A stretch of 64,000 bases of DNA from Candidatus Eiseniibacteriota bacterium (GTDB lineage: Bacteria; Eisenbacteria; RBG-16-71-46; CAVPCR01), in NCBI GenBank assembly GCA_963823555.1, contig CAWGMA010000002.1, positions 224,001 to 288,000 of the forward strand. Direction: 5' to 3'. The notes under the pieces are model-generated. The model ran no database searches and had not been told where the DNA came from. It saw only the letters and a list, made by a program, of their open reading frames with translations. The position numbers and the translations under genes were made by a program. Positions 10,581-19,800 of this stretch are shown in pieces; the first letter of the stretch is position 1, and each line of letters opens with the position of its first letter.

Positions 10581-11162
10581 TCAGCCATGGGTCGGGGATG
10601 GGGTCTCGGCTGGGGCGCCCCGGAGCTCGTCGATGGTGAAGAGCGCGGCGAAGCGCACCTCCCGCCCGGCCACGTTCTCGCTCCCGCCCTGCCTGCGATC
10701 GACGATGGCCAGGGCGGCGAGAACCGTGCCGCCCTCGGTGCGGAAGGCATCGATGGCGCGGATCGTGGATTCCCCGGTCGTCACCACGTCGTCGAGGACG
10801 AGCACCCGGTCTCCGGGCTCGAAGTTGCCCTCGATGAGCCGCATCCGCCCGTGATCCTTGGCCGACTTGCGGACCGAGGCCTCACGCACGGGTCGCCCGC
10901 GCCGCCTGAGCTCCGTCCCGAGAGCGTGGGCGATGGCATCGGCCCCGAGGGTGAGCCCCCCGACGCAGTCCGGCGTGAGTTGCTCCCGCTCGAGCCAGTC
11001 GGCGATCGCGGCGCCCAGGAGCTCCCGGCCACGCGCATCGTAGGTGGTCTTCTTCATGTCGACGTAGAAGGTGGAGCGTTTGCCGGAGGCGAGGACGAAG
11101 TCGCCTTCCATGTACGAACGCTCGCGAAGCATGCGGAGCAGCTGAGTTCGGGAGTCGGTCAT
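10581..11162 (-). CDS. pyrE: Orotate phosphoribosyltransferase
   Basis: GDFVLASGKRSTFYVD, VRKSAKDHG and the PRPP loop LDDVVTTGES. Confidence 0.95.
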   Translation of the reverse strand: MTDSRTQLLRMLRERSYMEGDFVLASGKRSTFYVDMKKTTYDARGRELLGAAIADWLEREQLTPDCVGGLTLGADAIAHALGTELRRRGRPVREASVRKSAKDHGRMRLIEGNFEPGDRVLVLDDVVTTGESTIRAIDAFRTEGGTVLAALAIVDRRQGGSENVAGREVRFAALFTIDELRGAPAETPSPTHG

Positions 11163-11443
11163 CGGATCGCCTTCCTCGAATCGCGGGCCATCACCGGGTC
11201 CGGGCGTGCCGTTCGATCCGGGCCCAGGTTCTCGGGCCGGGGCCCTCCTCCGCGCATACTACTACCCCCCGGCCGGGCCTCGCTCCGGGGAACCGGTGGA
11301 TAGGGCCGGGGTTCTCGTCTACACTCGGGGGCGGCCCCCGCCACGCTGGCCCCCCCACCATGGCGAACGAGCCCGCGGTCCGAGCGATCCTCCCGGCCCT
11401 CTCCGCTGGACCCGCTCGCCGCCGCAATCCTGGCCGATCAACT

Positions 11444-12193
11444 ATGCGTATCTTACATTTCAAGGCCCACTTCGGTCCTTTCCCCGGTCTCTTCTCCGGG
11501 ATCGTGGTGGGGTTCCTCGCCCTCATGGTCACTCCTGAAGCCCTGGGGCAGGCCTACCGGCGTCCGCTGGCCGCGCCGCAAAAGGATGACGTCGCCGCCG
11601 GCTTCCGGGTGGCTCGCCTCCAGTACGGGGGGGGTGGCGACTGGTACTCGAACCCATCCTCGTTGCCCAATCTCGCCCGCGCCGTCGCCGAGCGCACGGC
11701 GATTCAGGTGCCGACCACCGAGGAGAGGCGGATCTCCCTTCTTGATGAGCGGCTCTTCGACTATCCGTATCTCTATATGAACGGGCATGGCACCGTGCGC
11801 TTCTCGCCGGAGGAAGCGGAGCGCCTGCGCACGTACCTGCTCTCCGGCGGATTTCTCTTTGCGGACGACAACTACGGCATGGACCGGAGCTTCCGCCAGG
11901 AGATCGCCAAGGCGTTCCCGGACAAGAGGCTGGTCGAAGTGCCGTTCGATCATCCGATCTATCACTGCTTCTATGATCTGCCTCAGGGTCCGCCCAAGGT
12001 GCATGAGCATGACGGGAAGCGGCCGCAGGGATTCGGCCTCTTCCATGAGGGGCGGCTCATTCTCTTCTACACGTACCAAAGCGACATCGGTGACGGGATC
12101 GAGGATCCGCATGTCCACAACGACCCGCCCGAGGTGCGGGAGCAAGCGATGTGGATGGCGGTCAATACAGTCGTCTACGCGTTCACCTCATGA
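11444..12193 (+). CDS. DUF4159 domain-containing protein (start codon uncertain)
   Basis: RLQYGGGGDWY, LYMNGHG, LRTYLLSGGFLFADDNYG and VPFDHPIYH. Confidence 0.85.
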   Translation: MRILHFKAHFGPFPGLFSGIVVGFLALMVTPEALGQAYRRPLAAPQKDDVAAGFRVARLQYGGGGDWYSNPSSLPNLARAVAERTAIQVPTTEERRISLLDERLFDYPYLYMNGHGTVRFSPEEAERLRTYLLSGGFLFADDNYGMDRSFRQEIAKAFPDKRLVEVPFDHPIYHCFYDLPQGPPKVHEHDGKRPQGFGLFHEGRLILFYTYQSDIGDGIEDPHVHNDPPEVREQAMWMAVNTVVYAFTS

Positions 12194-15100
12194 GCCTCGA
12201 GGAGATCGGACAGCGCGAGCCCAAGATGAAGCCAGAGAGCGCATCGCGATCGTCATTCAGCACGCTGGAAAGGGCATTGACCGCGGCCCGACGGCGTGTC
12301 TTCCGGCGCGTCCTCCGCCACAGTGCGGTGCGCACGCTGGCTCTCGTCGTCGCCGCTCTGGCCCTGGCCGTCATCGCCGTGATGATCTGGCCCGCGAGCG
12401 TGGTCGGGCCATTGGCCGTGCTCGGTATGGTCGCGGTCGCGGTGTTCGCGCTCGTCACGCGGTTCGCGATTCCGCTCCTCCGGGTGCCCGATGTCGCGCA
12501 GTATGCCCGCCGGCTCGACGAGTCGTATGCGAGCGCGGGCGAGAAGAACGAGTTCTTGAGCGCCCTCGAGCTGGGACGCGCGCCGGCGCGGACCGGCACC
12601 TCGCCGGAGCTCATCGAGGCGCTGGTGGCCGAGCGGATCGCGGCGATCGAACGCCTCGACCTCGATGCTCCCGGCCGCACGCCGCTCCGCCGGCGCTGGC
12701 TCGCGCTCGTCGGAGCGGGGGTGGCGGTCCTGGGTCTCTCGCTCCTCGTGTCGCCGGGACGGTTCTCCCGCGCCATGGCCGAGATCGCGCATCCGCGCTG
12801 GCCGGGAGCCGCCACGACCGCGATCGAAGTGCTCACCGGTAATCTGCGTGTCGATCAGGGAGCCGATGTCACGATCGAGGCCCGCGTGCGCGGCGGCCAT
12901 GCCCGGCCGATGCTCCACGCGCGGCGTGGGGCGGGCGTGTGGCGGGACTACGGGGGTGAGGAGAGCGAGGAATCGCTCTATCGGTTCACGATCCCCGCGG
13001 TCGAGGCCGAGACGCGATACCGCGTCGCTGCCGGCGGCGCCACCTCGCCCGAATATCTGATCCGAGTTCGAGAGCCGCTGCGCGCGGTCCGCTTTCTCCT
13101 CGAGTACCGCTATCCGGATTACACGGGACTCACACCCGAGACCCTCCAGGCAACCGACGGTGCGGTCAGCGGGCTTCCCGGCACCGAGGTCCATGTGACC
13201 TTCGAGACCAACGTCCCGGTGCGCAGCGGAGTCGCCGCAGTGGCCGGCGGCACGATGGCCAGCGTCGACATGATCGAGGCGACGCGCGGTCGCGTCGTGA
13301 TCCCGATCCGCGGCGAGACCACCTACACCCTCGATCTCGAGCGCGGGCGCGACGAGGGCGAGTCGGATCCGGCGAGCGAAAGCCTCGGTCCCTATGCCAT
13401 CACGCCGACTCCCGATCGCGAGCCGCTGGTGGCCTTGCTCGAGCCGGGTGAGGATTCCGATGTCCCCGCCGACCTGCGCGTGCCGCTGGTGATCCATGCT
13501 GCCGATGACTACGGGCTCTCGACCCTGACGCTGCACTACTCCTACGAGGGGGGTGGGCCGGCGAAGACCCTGCTCCGCCGCTTCACCGGATATCCACGCG
13601 AGGCCACGGAAAGTCACGTCTGGGATCTCTCTGGCCTCAACCTGGTTCCGGGAGACGTGGTTCGCTACTACGTCCAGGTCTTCGACAACGACACGATCTC
13701 GGGGCCGAAGAGTGCGCGTAGCCGTGTCTTCTCGCTTCGCATCCCGACGCTCGCCGAGCTCTATGCCGAGGTCGGCGAGGAGCACGAGCAAGCCGAGACC
13801 AGCCTCAAGGACGTGCGCGAGGAGGGAGTCGATCTGAAGCAGGAGCTCGAGCGTATCGCGCGCGAATTGACCAAGTTCCCCGTTGCCGACTGGGAGGACA
13901 AGCAAGAGATCGCCCAGGCATTCGAGCGCCAGGCCGAGATCCGCCAGGAGCTCGAGCAGCTCGCCCAGGATCTGGGCGAGGCGCTGTCGCGGCTCGAGAA
14001 CCAGAACCTGGTCGATGACGAGGTCCTGGCCAAGGTCTCCGAGATCCAGCGCCTCATGGACCAGGTCGCCGATCAGGAGCTCCGGGAGGCTTTCCAGCGT
14101 CTCCAGGAGCAGATGGCGCAGATGGATCCCAACGAGGTGCAGCGGGCGCTCAAGGATCTCACGCTCACGCACGAGGAGCTCATGCGCAACCTCGAGCGCA
14201 CCATCGAGATGCTCAAGCAGGTGCAGCTCGAAGAGAAGCTCGAGCACGCCGCCCAGAAGGCAGAGGAGATGGCCGAGAAGCAGGACCAGATCAACCAGGA
14301 TCTGGGCGACCTCGCGGCGGAGAAGCGGGACCCGCCCGGAGAACCCGAGGAGGGTCGCCAGCCTGACGCGGGCCGTCAGGATGACGAGAAGCAGGCCGGC
14401 TCCAAGGATGAGGGCGACCGCCAGGCGAGCGAAGGCGAGCCGGACGCTTCCGATCAGGAACAAGCCGACAGTGCCGGCGGCGAGGACGAGCTATCGCGAC
14501 TTCGTGACGAGCTCAACGATATCGCGCAGGACGAGCAGGAGAACCTGGAAGACGCCGCCGAGCTCGAGAAGCTGCTCGAGGAGCTGGCCCAGGAGCTCGA
14601 GCAGATGGACCAGCAGATGGCGCAAGAGATGGCCGAGATGTCCAAGGATGCCGGTCAGCAGAGCAGCATGCAGAAGAACATGCAGTCGGCCATGCAGCAG
14701 ATGGGCGGCGGCAAGCCGAAGGATGCCAAGAAGTCCGGCCAGCAGGCCAGCCGCGATCTGCGCTCCCTGCTCGAGCGCATGCGCATGCAGCAACAGATGA
14801 TGATGAACCAGCAGATGGCCGAGACCGCGGAGAAGCTCCGGGAGGCGGCGCGCGAGCTGCTCAAGGTCTCCACCAGCGAGGAAGACCTCATCGTCGAGAG
14901 GGATCCCGATCATCGCCAGGTGGCGAGCGACCAGCAGCGGCTCCTCGAGGCCACTCGACGGATCAATGACCTGATCGAGGAGATCGCTCGCACGTCGATC
15001 ATGGTGGGCACGGAATTCGCGGGCCTTCTCGGCCAGCCCATCAGGTCGATGGAGAACGCAGTGGCCAGCTACTCGCGCGGCAGCGTCACCAGCGGGCGGA

Positions 15101-15783
15101 CCCATGCCACCCAGGCGTTGGCGCAGGTCAACGATGCCATCCTGGAGCTGCTCTCGACCGAGGAGTCGATGTGCCAGGGCGGTGGCGGCAGCTGCAATTC
15201 GATGAAGAACTCGATGCAGCAGATGATGGGCCTCTCACAGCAGCAGCAGCAAGTGAACGAAGGCACCCGTCAGCTCATGCAGCAGGGCGGGTCACGCCTC
15301 TCCGAGGGCAGTCAGGCGCGCATGGCCCGGCTCGCCGCGCAGCAGGCGGCCATCCAGAAGGGGCTGGAGGAGGTCGCGCAGTCGCTCGATAGCCGCCGTG
15401 ACGTGCTCGGCCGGCTCGGCGATCTCTCGGAGGAGATGGAAGATGTGGCCCAGGATCTCGAGCGCGGCGAGATCGACGATCGTCTTCTCTCCAAGCAGAA
15501 TCAGATCATGAGCCGTCTCCTGGATGCGCAGCGTTCGGTGCGCAAGCGTGACCTGGGCCGGGAGCGCCTGTCGAAGACCGGCGAGGAGATGCCGCGGCCC
15601 GATGTGCTACCCGCGGTGCCGGAGGATCTCCTGTCCCGCCGTGAACGACTCGAGGCCGACATCCTCAGAGGACGCTCCGATCCCTACCCGCCCGGGTTCC
15701 GGGATCTGGTCGAGCGCTACTACCGGGCGCTCATCGAGGCCAAGGCCGAGACGGATGCCGGACCGGGCGAACAGCTGAACTAG
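12190..15783 (+). CDS. DUF4175-family membrane-anchored Ig-like/coiled-coil protein
   Basis: N-terminal TMs, YPDYTG and A-DDYG motifs, a long Gln/Met-rich coiled coil and the C-terminal FRDLVERYY. ATGA overlap with the DUF4159 gene. Confidence 0.85.
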   Translation: MSLEEIGQREPKMKPESASRSSFSTLERALTAARRRVFRRVLRHSAVRTLALVVAALALAVIAVMIWPASVVGPLAVLGMVAVAVFALVTRFAIPLLRVPDVAQYARRLDESYASAGEKNEFLSALELGRAPARTGTSPELIEALVAERIAAIERLDLDAPGRTPLRRRWLALVGAGVAVLGLSLLVSPGRFSRAMAEIAHPRWPGAATTAIEVLTGNLRVDQGADVTIEARVRGGHARPMLHARRGAGVWRDYGGEESEESLYRFTIPAVEAETRYRVAAGGATSPEYLIRVREPLRAVRFLLEYRYPDYTGLTPETLQATDGAVSGLPGTEVHVTFETNVPVRSGVAAVAGGTMASVDMIEATRGRVVIPIRGETTYTLDLERGRDEGESDPASESLGPYAITPTPDREPLVALLEPGEDSDVPADLRVPLVIHAADDYGLSTLTLHYSYEGGGPAKTLLRRFTGYPREATESHVWDLSGLNLVPGDVVRYYVQVFDNDTISGPKSARSRVFSLRIPTLAELYAEVGEEHEQAETSLKDVREEGVDLKQELERIARELTKFPVADWEDKQEIAQAFERQAEIRQELEQLAQDLGEALSRLENQNLVDDEVLAKVSEIQRLMDQVADQELREAFQRLQEQMAQMDPNEVQRALKDLTLTHEELMRNLERTIEMLKQVQLEEKLEHAAQKAEEMAEKQDQINQDLGDLAAEKRDPPGEPEEGRQPDAGRQDDEKQAGSKDEGDRQASEGEPDASDQEQADSAGGEDELSRLRDELNDIAQDEQENLEDAAELEKLLEELAQELEQMDQQMAQEMAEMSKDAGQQSSMQKNMQSAMQQMGGGKPKDAKKSGQQASRDLRSLLERMRMQQQMMMNQQMAETAEKLREAARELLKVSTSEEDLIVERDPDHRQVASDQQRLLEATRRINDLIEEIARTSIMVGTEFAGLLGQPIRSMENAVASYSRGSVTSGRTHATQALAQVNDAILELLSTEESMCQGGGGSCNSMKNSMQQMMGLSQQQQQVNEGTRQLMQQGGSRLSEGSQARMARLAAQQAAIQKGLEEVAQSLDSRRDVLGRLGDLSEEMEDVAQDLERGEIDDRLLSKQNQIMSRLLDAQRSVRKRDLGRERLSKTGEEMPRPDVLPAVPEDLLSRRERLEADILRGRSDPYPPGFRDLVERYYRALIEAKAETDAGPGEQLN

Positions 15784-15793
15784 AGGCCGCACA

Positions 15794-16858
15794 ATGAGCA
15801 CTATGGTCCAGAGGGCACGACGCCGGGAGCGACGCGCGGGAGCGGGGAGGATCTTCCCCCTGGCGCTCGCGCTCGTGTTGCTCGGCGCGCCGGCTGCGGC
15901 CGACGACCAGCAGAACGAGCGGCCGCCCGAGCCGACACCGGACGAGATCGACGCGCTGTCGCGCTCCCTGCGCGCCATTCTCGGCGATTCGCTCTTCGCC
16001 GACTCGCTCGGGGCGAGTGGGCTCGGGGTCGAGGGCCAACCGGTTCCGATCGAGCCAGGTCCGGTCGCGCCGGGCCCGAAGGTGCGAGAGGCCCCGCGGG
16101 TCGTGCCGCGAACCGGGGTCGACCCATCCCGGCTGCAAGCCTTGCCGCGTCCTGAAGTACGTGGCCCGAAGACCCCCGTCGCCGTCGCCGAGGTGCGTGC
16201 CGATACGCTCTTCGACGCCTTCCGCGCTCAGCTGGCGGCCGGACGTGATGAGGAGGCGCGCGAGACGCTGCGCGCGATCAGCAAGACCCATCGTCGCGAT
16301 CCCTTGATCCGCGAGGTCGCCGACTACGATCTCATCGAGATGGACTTCTTCGCCGCGCGGTTCGACACCTCGGCGGCGGGCTACCGCCAGTTCGCCGCCA
16401 TGAACCGGCGCGGCTACCTCACCAACGACGCGATTGCGAGGATCCTGCTCATCGACGAGAACTCGGATGCCGGTGGCAAGCCGCTCGCGCTCTATGCCCA
16501 GGCGGTCCGTCAGGAACGCCTGGGCCGGCCAGACTCGGCGCTCGCCTATCTCCGGCTGGCGCTCGACCGCTACCCCGGCGTGGCGCTCGAGGACGATGTC
16601 TGCCTCGCCATGGGTGATGCCAGTCTCGCCCTCGGTCTGCCCGCGGAGGCCAGGCGCCATTACTCGGTCGTCGCCGATTCGATGCCGGCCTCACCGCTCG
16701 CCGCCACGGCCCTGATGCGGATCGCCCAGCTCGCCGAAGGCGAGGGCGATTTGACGGCGGCGGCGGCCATCTACGAGCAGGTTCTCGAACGCTTTCCCGA
16801 ATCCGTCGAGGCCGACGAGGCGCGAGGTGCTCTCGATCGGCTGCGGAGCCGGACATGA
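15794..16858 (+). CDS. Exported tetratricopeptide repeat protein
   Basis: Signal peptide and TPR-like helices ending in YEQVLERFPES. Confidence 0.8.
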   Translation: MSTMVQRARRRERRAGAGRIFPLALALVLLGAPAAADDQQNERPPEPTPDEIDALSRSLRAILGDSLFADSLGASGLGVEGQPVPIEPGPVAPGPKVREAPRVVPRTGVDPSRLQALPRPEVRGPKTPVAVAEVRADTLFDAFRAQLAAGRDEEARETLRAISKTHRRDPLIREVADYDLIEMDFFAARFDTSAAGYRQFAAMNRRGYLTNDAIARILLIDENSDAGGKPLALYAQAVRQERLGRPDSALAYLRLALDRYPGVALEDDVCLAMGDASLALGLPAEARRHYSVVADSMPASPLAATALMRIAQLAEGEGDLTAAAAIYEQVLERFPESVEADEARGALDRLRSRT

Positions 16859-18135
16859 GCGCCACTCTCAAGCGGCCGCGGTTCCTGCTGGCGGGCCTCG
16901 TGGCGGTCGTGGCCGTTCTTCTGGCCGTCCCGGCGGGGGCCGACCTCCTCGTGCCCATGGAACTCGCGCAGACCGATCATCTCAAGGCCTATGGGCTTGC
17001 CTACTGGGTCCTCGAGCGGGGCGAGTCGGTCGAGTGGCTGCTCAACTACCGCGGCGGCTCCTTTCTGCTTCCGGATGGCGAGTCGGTCGTCCGTCAGGCT
17101 CGAGTCATGGGGGTTCACGTCGAACCCGTCGGGGCGGGCGATGTCACCCAGATTCACACCGAGATCGAGGCATCCAACATGGAGGTCGTGCTGCTCGAGA
17201 CAGCGCCCCGGGTGGCCATCTATGCTCCACCGGGATTCGAGCCCTGGGACGATGCCGTCACCCTCGCTCTCGACTACGCCGAGATCGAGTACACCGTGAT
17301 CTACGACGAGGAGGTGCTCGCCGGCGATCTCGACAAGTACGACTGGCTCCATCTCCACCACGAGGATTTCACCGGGCAGTACGGCAAGTTCTACGCCGGC
17401 TTCCGCAATCAGGAGTGGTACCAGCAGCAGAAGCGCCTGGCCGAGGAGCTCGCCCGGCGCGCCGGATTCGCGAAGGTCTCGCAGCACAAGCTCAGGGTGG
17501 CGGAGACGATCAAGGACTACATCGCTCGCGGCGGCTTCATGTTCGCGATGTGTTCAGCCACCGATACCTTCGACATCGCCCTGGCCGCGCACAGCACGGA
17601 CATCTGCGCCAAGATGTTCGACGGTGACCCGCCGGAGTCGGGCTGCCAGGCCAAGCTCGATTTCGAGGCGACGCTGGCCTTCCACAACTTCGTTCTCGAG
17701 ATGAACCCCATCGTGTACGAGTACTCGAACATCGATACCTCGGACTACCGCGTGGCGCGCGGTCCGGAGGCCGACTACTTCACGCTCTTCGAGTTCTCGG
17801 CCAAGCACGATCCCGTGCCGACCATGCTGACCCAGGACCATGTGGCGGTGGTGAACGGCTTCTTCGGTCAGACGACCGGGTTCCGGAGGAAGACGATCAA
17901 GGAGGCGGTCATCATCCTGGCGGAGACCGAGGGCACGGACGAGGTCAAGTACCTGCACGGGAACTACGGGCAGGGAACCTTCACCTTCTACGGCGGGCAC
18001 GACCCCGAGGACTACCAGCATGCCGTGGGTGATCCGCCCACCGACCTTTCGTTGCACAAGAACTCGCCTGGCTATCGGCTCATCCTGAACAACATCCTCT
18101 TCCCGGCCGCTGAGAAGAAGGAACAGAAGACCTAG
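16855..18135 (+). CDS. Conserved exported FCB-group protein, class I GATase-like (family often auto-annotated as asparagine synthetase B)
   Basis: QTDHLKAYG, WLLNYRGGSF, DWLHLHHEDFTGQYGKFY, FAMCSATD, GGHDPEDYQH and SPGYRLILNN motifs. Confidence 0.75.
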   Translation: MSATLKRPRFLLAGLVAVVAVLLAVPAGADLLVPMELAQTDHLKAYGLAYWVLERGESVEWLLNYRGGSFLLPDGESVVRQARVMGVHVEPVGAGDVTQIHTEIEASNMEVVLLETAPRVAIYAPPGFEPWDDAVTLALDYAEIEYTVIYDEEVLAGDLDKYDWLHLHHEDFTGQYGKFYAGFRNQEWYQQQKRLAEELARRAGFAKVSQHKLRVAETIKDYIARGGFMFAMCSATDTFDIALAAHSTDICAKMFDGDPPESGCQAKLDFEATLAFHNFVLEMNPIVYEYSNIDTSDYRVARGPEADYFTLFEFSAKHDPVPTMLTQDHVAVVNGFFGQTTGFRRKTIKEAVIILAETEGTDEVKYLHGNYGQGTFTFYGGHDPEDYQHAVGDPPTDLSLHKNSPGYRLILNNILFPAAEKKEQKT

Positions 18136-18187
18136 CCTTCTCCCGGTGGGTCGGCCGTCGGGCTGTAACTCCTAATTGGGCATTGCG

Positions 18188-18217
18188 TTGACACGATATC
18201 CCGGAGTCTGCTAGCCT
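18188..18217 (+). promoter_or_regulatory. Sigma70-type promoter
   Basis: TTGACA-N18-TAGCCT with an extended TG, upstream of the small Zn-ribbon gene. Confidence 0.6.
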
Positions 18218-18294
18218 CAGGGTCCGTGTTGGCACCCGCGCCCGGTCGGGTCGTGGCCGGAAACGGATGGTATGCAGGGAGGGGAGGTTGCCGC

Positions 18295-18489
18295 ATGGAG
18301 CAGTTCAAGTTTCCGGAGTGCCTGAAGTGCGCGACCGGGGTGCTGATCCCGCTCTCCGACTACGGTCGCGAGGGAGCACCGATCACCTACAAGGCCTGGG
18401 TTTGCACGAATCCCGACTGTGGGTTCAACGTTCGCATCGACAACGGTGAGATCAGTCTCGGACGCATGATCGGTTCCTCCACGAAGTAG
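18295..18489 (+). CDS. Small zinc-ribbon protein (64 aa)
   Basis: GGAGG RBS before the ATG at 18295, and CLKC...CTNPDC motifs. Confidence 0.75.
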   Translation: MEQFKFPECLKCATGVLIPLSDYGREGAPITYKAWVCTNPDCGFNVRIDNGEISLGRMIGSSTK

Positions 18490-18511
18490 GCCCTGTCCCG
18501 GTCAGTGACCA

Positions 18512-19213
18512 GTGATCAAAGCGGTCTTCTTCGATCTCGACAACACGCTCACCGACTTCATGCGCATGAAAGACCTCGCGGTCGAGTCGGCCATCCGTGG
18601 CATGGTCGATGCCGGCCTCAGCATGCGCCCCGAAGAGGCTCGCCAGAAGATCTACGCGGTCTACGATCGCGAGGGGATCGAGAACCAGCAGGTCTTCGAT
18701 CTCTTCTTGCAGCAGGAGCTCGGCGAGATCGACCACAAGATCCTCGCTGCCGGCATCGTGGCCTACCGGCGGGTGCGAGATTCGGCGCTCGTTCTCTACC
18801 CTCACGTGCAGATCACGCTGGTCGAGCTCCTGAAGCGCGGGCTCCGGCTGGCCGTGGTCAGCGACGCACCAAAAGCACAGGTCTGGCTCCGCCTCTGCTA
18901 CTTGAACCTGCATCATGTCTTCGAGCTGGTCATCACCTACGAGGACACGCGGGAGCGGAAGCCCTCACGCGCCCCGTTCGAGGCGGCGCTCGCCGGACTG
19001 GGGCTCGCCCCCCAGGAGGTCCTGATGGTCGGGGACTGGCCCGAGCGGGACATGGTCGGTGCGCACAACGTGGGCATCCGCACCGTCTTCGCGCGCTACG
19101 GCGACACCTTCGGCACGACGACATCGGGCGCCGATTTCGAGATCGACGATGTGTTCGATCTGGTCGCGATCGTCGATCGATTGAATGCCGGCGACGCGGA
19201 GCATCGGGGATGA
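18512..19213 (+). CDS. HAD-IA family hydrolase
   Basis: FDLDNTL motif I, RKP, and MVGDWPERD motif IV. Confidence 0.92.
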   Translation: MIKAVFFDLDNTLTDFMRMKDLAVESAIRGMVDAGLSMRPEEARQKIYAVYDREGIENQQVFDLFLQQELGEIDHKILAAGIVAYRRVRDSALVLYPHVQITLVELLKRGLRLAVVSDAPKAQVWLRLCYLNLHHVFELVITYEDTRERKPSRAPFEAALAGLGLAPQEVLMVGDWPERDMVGAHNVGIRTVFARYGDTFGTTTSGADFEIDDVFDLVAIVDRLNAGDAEHRG

Positions 19214-19800
19214 CCTCGCGCGGTGATGCATCCGGCGCCTCCGCCGCCCCCATCGATGCCGCGCAACTCCTCGCCGCTTCGCGGCGCGCGCTCGCCCGCT
19301 TCCCGCAAGCGCTCGGGGCCCTGGTCGCCGATCTCGACCCCGACCCGTGGCGGGCCCGTCCGGCCCCGGGGCGTTGGGCCCCGCTCGAGATCGTGTGCCA
19401 CCTGCGCGACGAGGAGGCGGAGGATTTCGGGGCCCGCCTGCGCGTCGCCGTGGCCGGCAGCGGGCGCTTTGCGCCGATCCGACCCGCCGAGTGGGTGACC
19501 GAGCGCCGCTATCTCGATGACGACCCGGAGCGTGCGCTCGCGGCCTTCCGCGACCTGCGGCAGGGCCATCTGGGTTTCCTCGCGGAGCTTGAACCGGTCC
19601 CGGAGAAGCTACGTTCCACCGGCGAGTCTCCAGGCGGTCTCGTCCTGTCCGGGCTCGATGTGCTCGCCGCCTGGGTCGCACACGACCGCCTCCACCTCCG
19701 CCAGCTCGCCGGCACCCTGGCTCGCATCTGGGCCGCGAACTGGGACCCGCTCCGCTCCGATTACGCCGGCGAGCTTCCGTATCCACCGCCGGAGGAATGA
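19210..19800 (+). CDS. DinB family protein
   Basis: W-x-x-LEIVCHLRDEE and WVAHDRLHLRQL His triad. ATGA overlaps with the genes on both sides. Confidence 0.85.
   Translation: MTSRGDASGASAAPIDAAQLLAASRRALARFPQALGALVADLDPDPWRARPAPGRWAPLEIVCHLRDEEAEDFGARLRVAVAGSGRFAPIRPAEWVTERRYLDDDPERALAAFRDLRQGHLGFLAELEPVPEKLRSTGESPGGLVLSGLDVLAAWVAHDRLHLRQLAGTLARIWAANWDPLRSDYAGELPYPPPEE

Noticed and set aside
12253..14463. Long antisense or alternative-frame ORFs (also 19761-21926, 38587-40215, 52187-53998, 58782-60926)
   Set aside because: These are shadow ORFs expected from high-GC codon bias opposite well-supported genes, and they have no recognisable motifs.
16855..18135. Gene symbol asnB
   Set aside because: It lacks the Ntn-glutaminase and ATP-pyrophosphatase motifs and carries a signal peptide.
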